Source: Syncephalis fuscata S228
Taxonomy: Eukaryota; Fungi; Zoopagomycota
DNA: 64,000 nt
Assembly (NCBI GenBank): GCA_025786725.1
Contig: JAHLTZ010000006.1
Span: 62,001-126,000 of the forward strand
Direction of reading: 5' to 3'
Shown here: positions 61,846 through 64,000 of the stretch, in pieces
How the letters are laid out: the number at the start of each line of letters is the position of its first letter
Position numbering within the stretch: position 1 is the stretch's first letter
Translations under genes and position numbers: made by a program
The notes under the pieces: model-generated
What the model was told of the DNA's origin: nothing
Seen by the model: only the letters and a program-made list of their open reading frames with translations
Database searches by the model: none

Positions 61846-63949
61846 AATAAAGTGGTCAACCTTTTCTCATTCCTCCCACACACACAAATATATTTGTTCT
61901 CTATTACAGATCGATATCACTTTTCTTTCCCATATTGTTCTTTCTTCAACACAGTTCTACCTGGTTAATGATACTTGTTCAAAGGAACAAACTATCACTA
62001 CTATCACACCATCATTCATTAGTATCGCTTTAACTATTGAATCTACATCAAGTATCACTTTTAACCAATTGATTGAGTGACTGTGTTCATCAAGTGCAGT
62101 GACTGTGTTCATTAAAGACTTGTAGCTAGCCTCACATACGATTTTGACCACCATCACACTGTTTTGTTTAATTCAACGGTAAGTTAAAGAAGTCTAGACA
62201 CTGGTATAGACCATCTATTGTCAATATCAAACTCTTTATTATTTGTTATTATTCTATTATATTATGGTTATACTGTTTGTTTCAAAATGCTGTCAAGGTA
62301 GTTTTGGTCAGACTTACTAAAGCTTGCTTCTCCATGTTTAGCTTTACAACTTGATAAGCTGGGACGCATGCTATTGCGACATGGACGCACTTCTCCCTTT
62401 TGTATCATCTTTGTAGCATGCGTATATTGTTGTGTGTAGACATTGATATCTATGTGTGTGTTTGTGTGTGTGCACGTAGAATGTGCGGGGATATGACAAT
62501 GGCCATAACACCACGTCCATGCTGCAGCACCTCAGACCAACACTCCTAAGCATGGCATAGCATAGCATAGGAGAGAGTGAACGAGGTACAGGGTGGTTGG
62601 TGTGATCATAGTTGTTGCCACCAGTTGTCATAATATGAATGATAATAGAATAATAGCAACCATTTATATCATAACAATAATACTATATAGTTTATATGAC
62701 CTTATTTCCCCTTTTTGTTGTCCATCTCCTTGTCATAATGGTCGATAGAAGGGCCGTAGAGGATGAGTGGTGTCTATTATTTATGTAGTATGTATGTAGG
62801 TGTAGGTGTGTGTGTATGGTCTCGCCTTTTGTTCTTATGCCAACAATACTTGCACGCTTTTTTGTTAATGGTGTGACGATGTCTCGTAGAATGTGATCCC
62901 CTTTTTTCTTCAATCCATCAATTAATGTGTGTGTGTGTGTAAGTCATGGCTTGCATGCGATATGACCACATACACATACCCATACACATACACATATACA
63001 CCTATAGACACACATACACATATAGATAGATAGACACATTAGTAGATAGATACCCTCATTTCTATTTGGCACACCCGTCTATCCTCGTGGTCCTATGATG
63101 ATCCTACCATTGGATTTGTTGTATTGTGTTAATAACATACACTTTGTATTCAATGTATCAATGATGTAAAACGAGAACCATTGCTCGCGCCTCTTTACGA
63201 CTACCATCCTTGAAGGGGAGTTTTCTATGACCTATTTTGGTTGACGACCTGTTATTCCTCTAAATGATGATGATATGATTCGCACACTTACCACGACTAC
63301 TCTCATTCTCACTACATCCACATTCACACTCTATTCCTTGTCCTCCTCTTTATCTACTCTCCTTCTCTCTTTCTCCTCACACACAAAACTCAAATATTTA
63401 CCACTCACTCACAGACGGCTTTTTCCTTTCCGTTCTTATTTCATTCCCGCTTTTTCAATTCTCTTCTCCTTCTTTTAACTACTACAACACTCTTTGCACT
63501 CGTTGTTGCACCCGCCTGGTTGTTATAGGTGCTTGTTCTCTCTTACTCTCTCTTACTACCACTACCACTCACTCACTCTCTCTCTGTCTGTCTGTCTCGT
63601 GTCGCTCGTTCATTTCTTTGCTTTGCTTTGCTCTGCCATATTGGTTTGCTTTATTCATTTCATTTCATTCACTTGTTCTTTCACCGGCTTTGTGTTTTAC
63701 GCATACAATAGTAGTGCCAATTGTCGTCGTTTAGCGTGCTTAAAATACATTACGCTTTTACTTTTCGTTCAATATCATCTCCGTTGTGTTACTGTCTTTG
63801 TTTCGCCACCCACCTTCTTCTATTGTTTGGTCGCTTGTCTTCAATCTTGACTAACCAGTCCTTTCGCCGTTGTACTACAGATTATACTGATTCGCACGAC
63901 TTTGCTGTGTTTTGCCATCCCCCGTTATACACCGTGTCCGTCCTTCAAT

Positions 63950-64000
63950 ATGCTTAAAGAAATCAACGTTGCCATCGAGTTCTTTGCTCGTATCTTCCGT
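63950..64000 (+). CDS. 5' end of a probable BTG/Tob-family protein (runs off the window)
   Basis: MLKEINVAIEFFARIFR resembles the BTG/Tob N-terminal helix (MxxEIxxAxxF); only 17 codons are visible. Confidence 0.5.
   Translation, partial: MLKEINVAIEFFARIFR

Noticed and set aside
61360-63957. Numerous short hydrophobic or His/Thr-rich ORFs
   Set aside because: By-products of CA, TG and CT microsatellites and pyrimidine tracts.

Overview
AT-rich, compact eukaryotic DNA with short (~50-80 nt) GT-AG introns. Gene content (secreted tyrosinase, Mkt1, BTG/Tob-like start, 5S rRNA type) suggests an early-diverging fungus, possibly Zoopagomycota/Mucoromycota (inference). Genes: three tandem intronless APC/CAT-type amino-acid permeases, an ABCG half-transporter, an alpha/beta hydrolase, a SAM-domain tail-anchored protein, MKT1, a rhomboid protease, aprataxin, a secreted orphan, a DUF866/CXXC protein, an MFSD1-like transporter, MTR4, VPS72/YL1, a secreted tyrosinase, a 5'-nucleotidase, glyoxalase II and the start of a BTG/Tob-like gene. 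Highlights: (1) a tandem array of ~11 mutually homologous 70-80 nt intron-like units separated by exactly 3-nt putative micro-exons (YAG|NNN|GTAAGT), present twice because it lies in a ~3 kb segmental duplication; (2) a 5S rRNA gene 8 nt upstream of tRNA-Lys(CTT) with one terminator after the tRNA, i.e. a probable 5S-first dicistronic Pol III unit; (3) VPS72 with two tandem YL1-C domains; (4) a 2.3 kb non-coding foldback element with ~690 bp arms, internal 334 bp tandem repeats and an older copy 46 kb away. Recurrent 1-bp deletions, one of them in MTR4, point to assembly indel errors, so apparent frameshifts here should not be read as pseudogenes.
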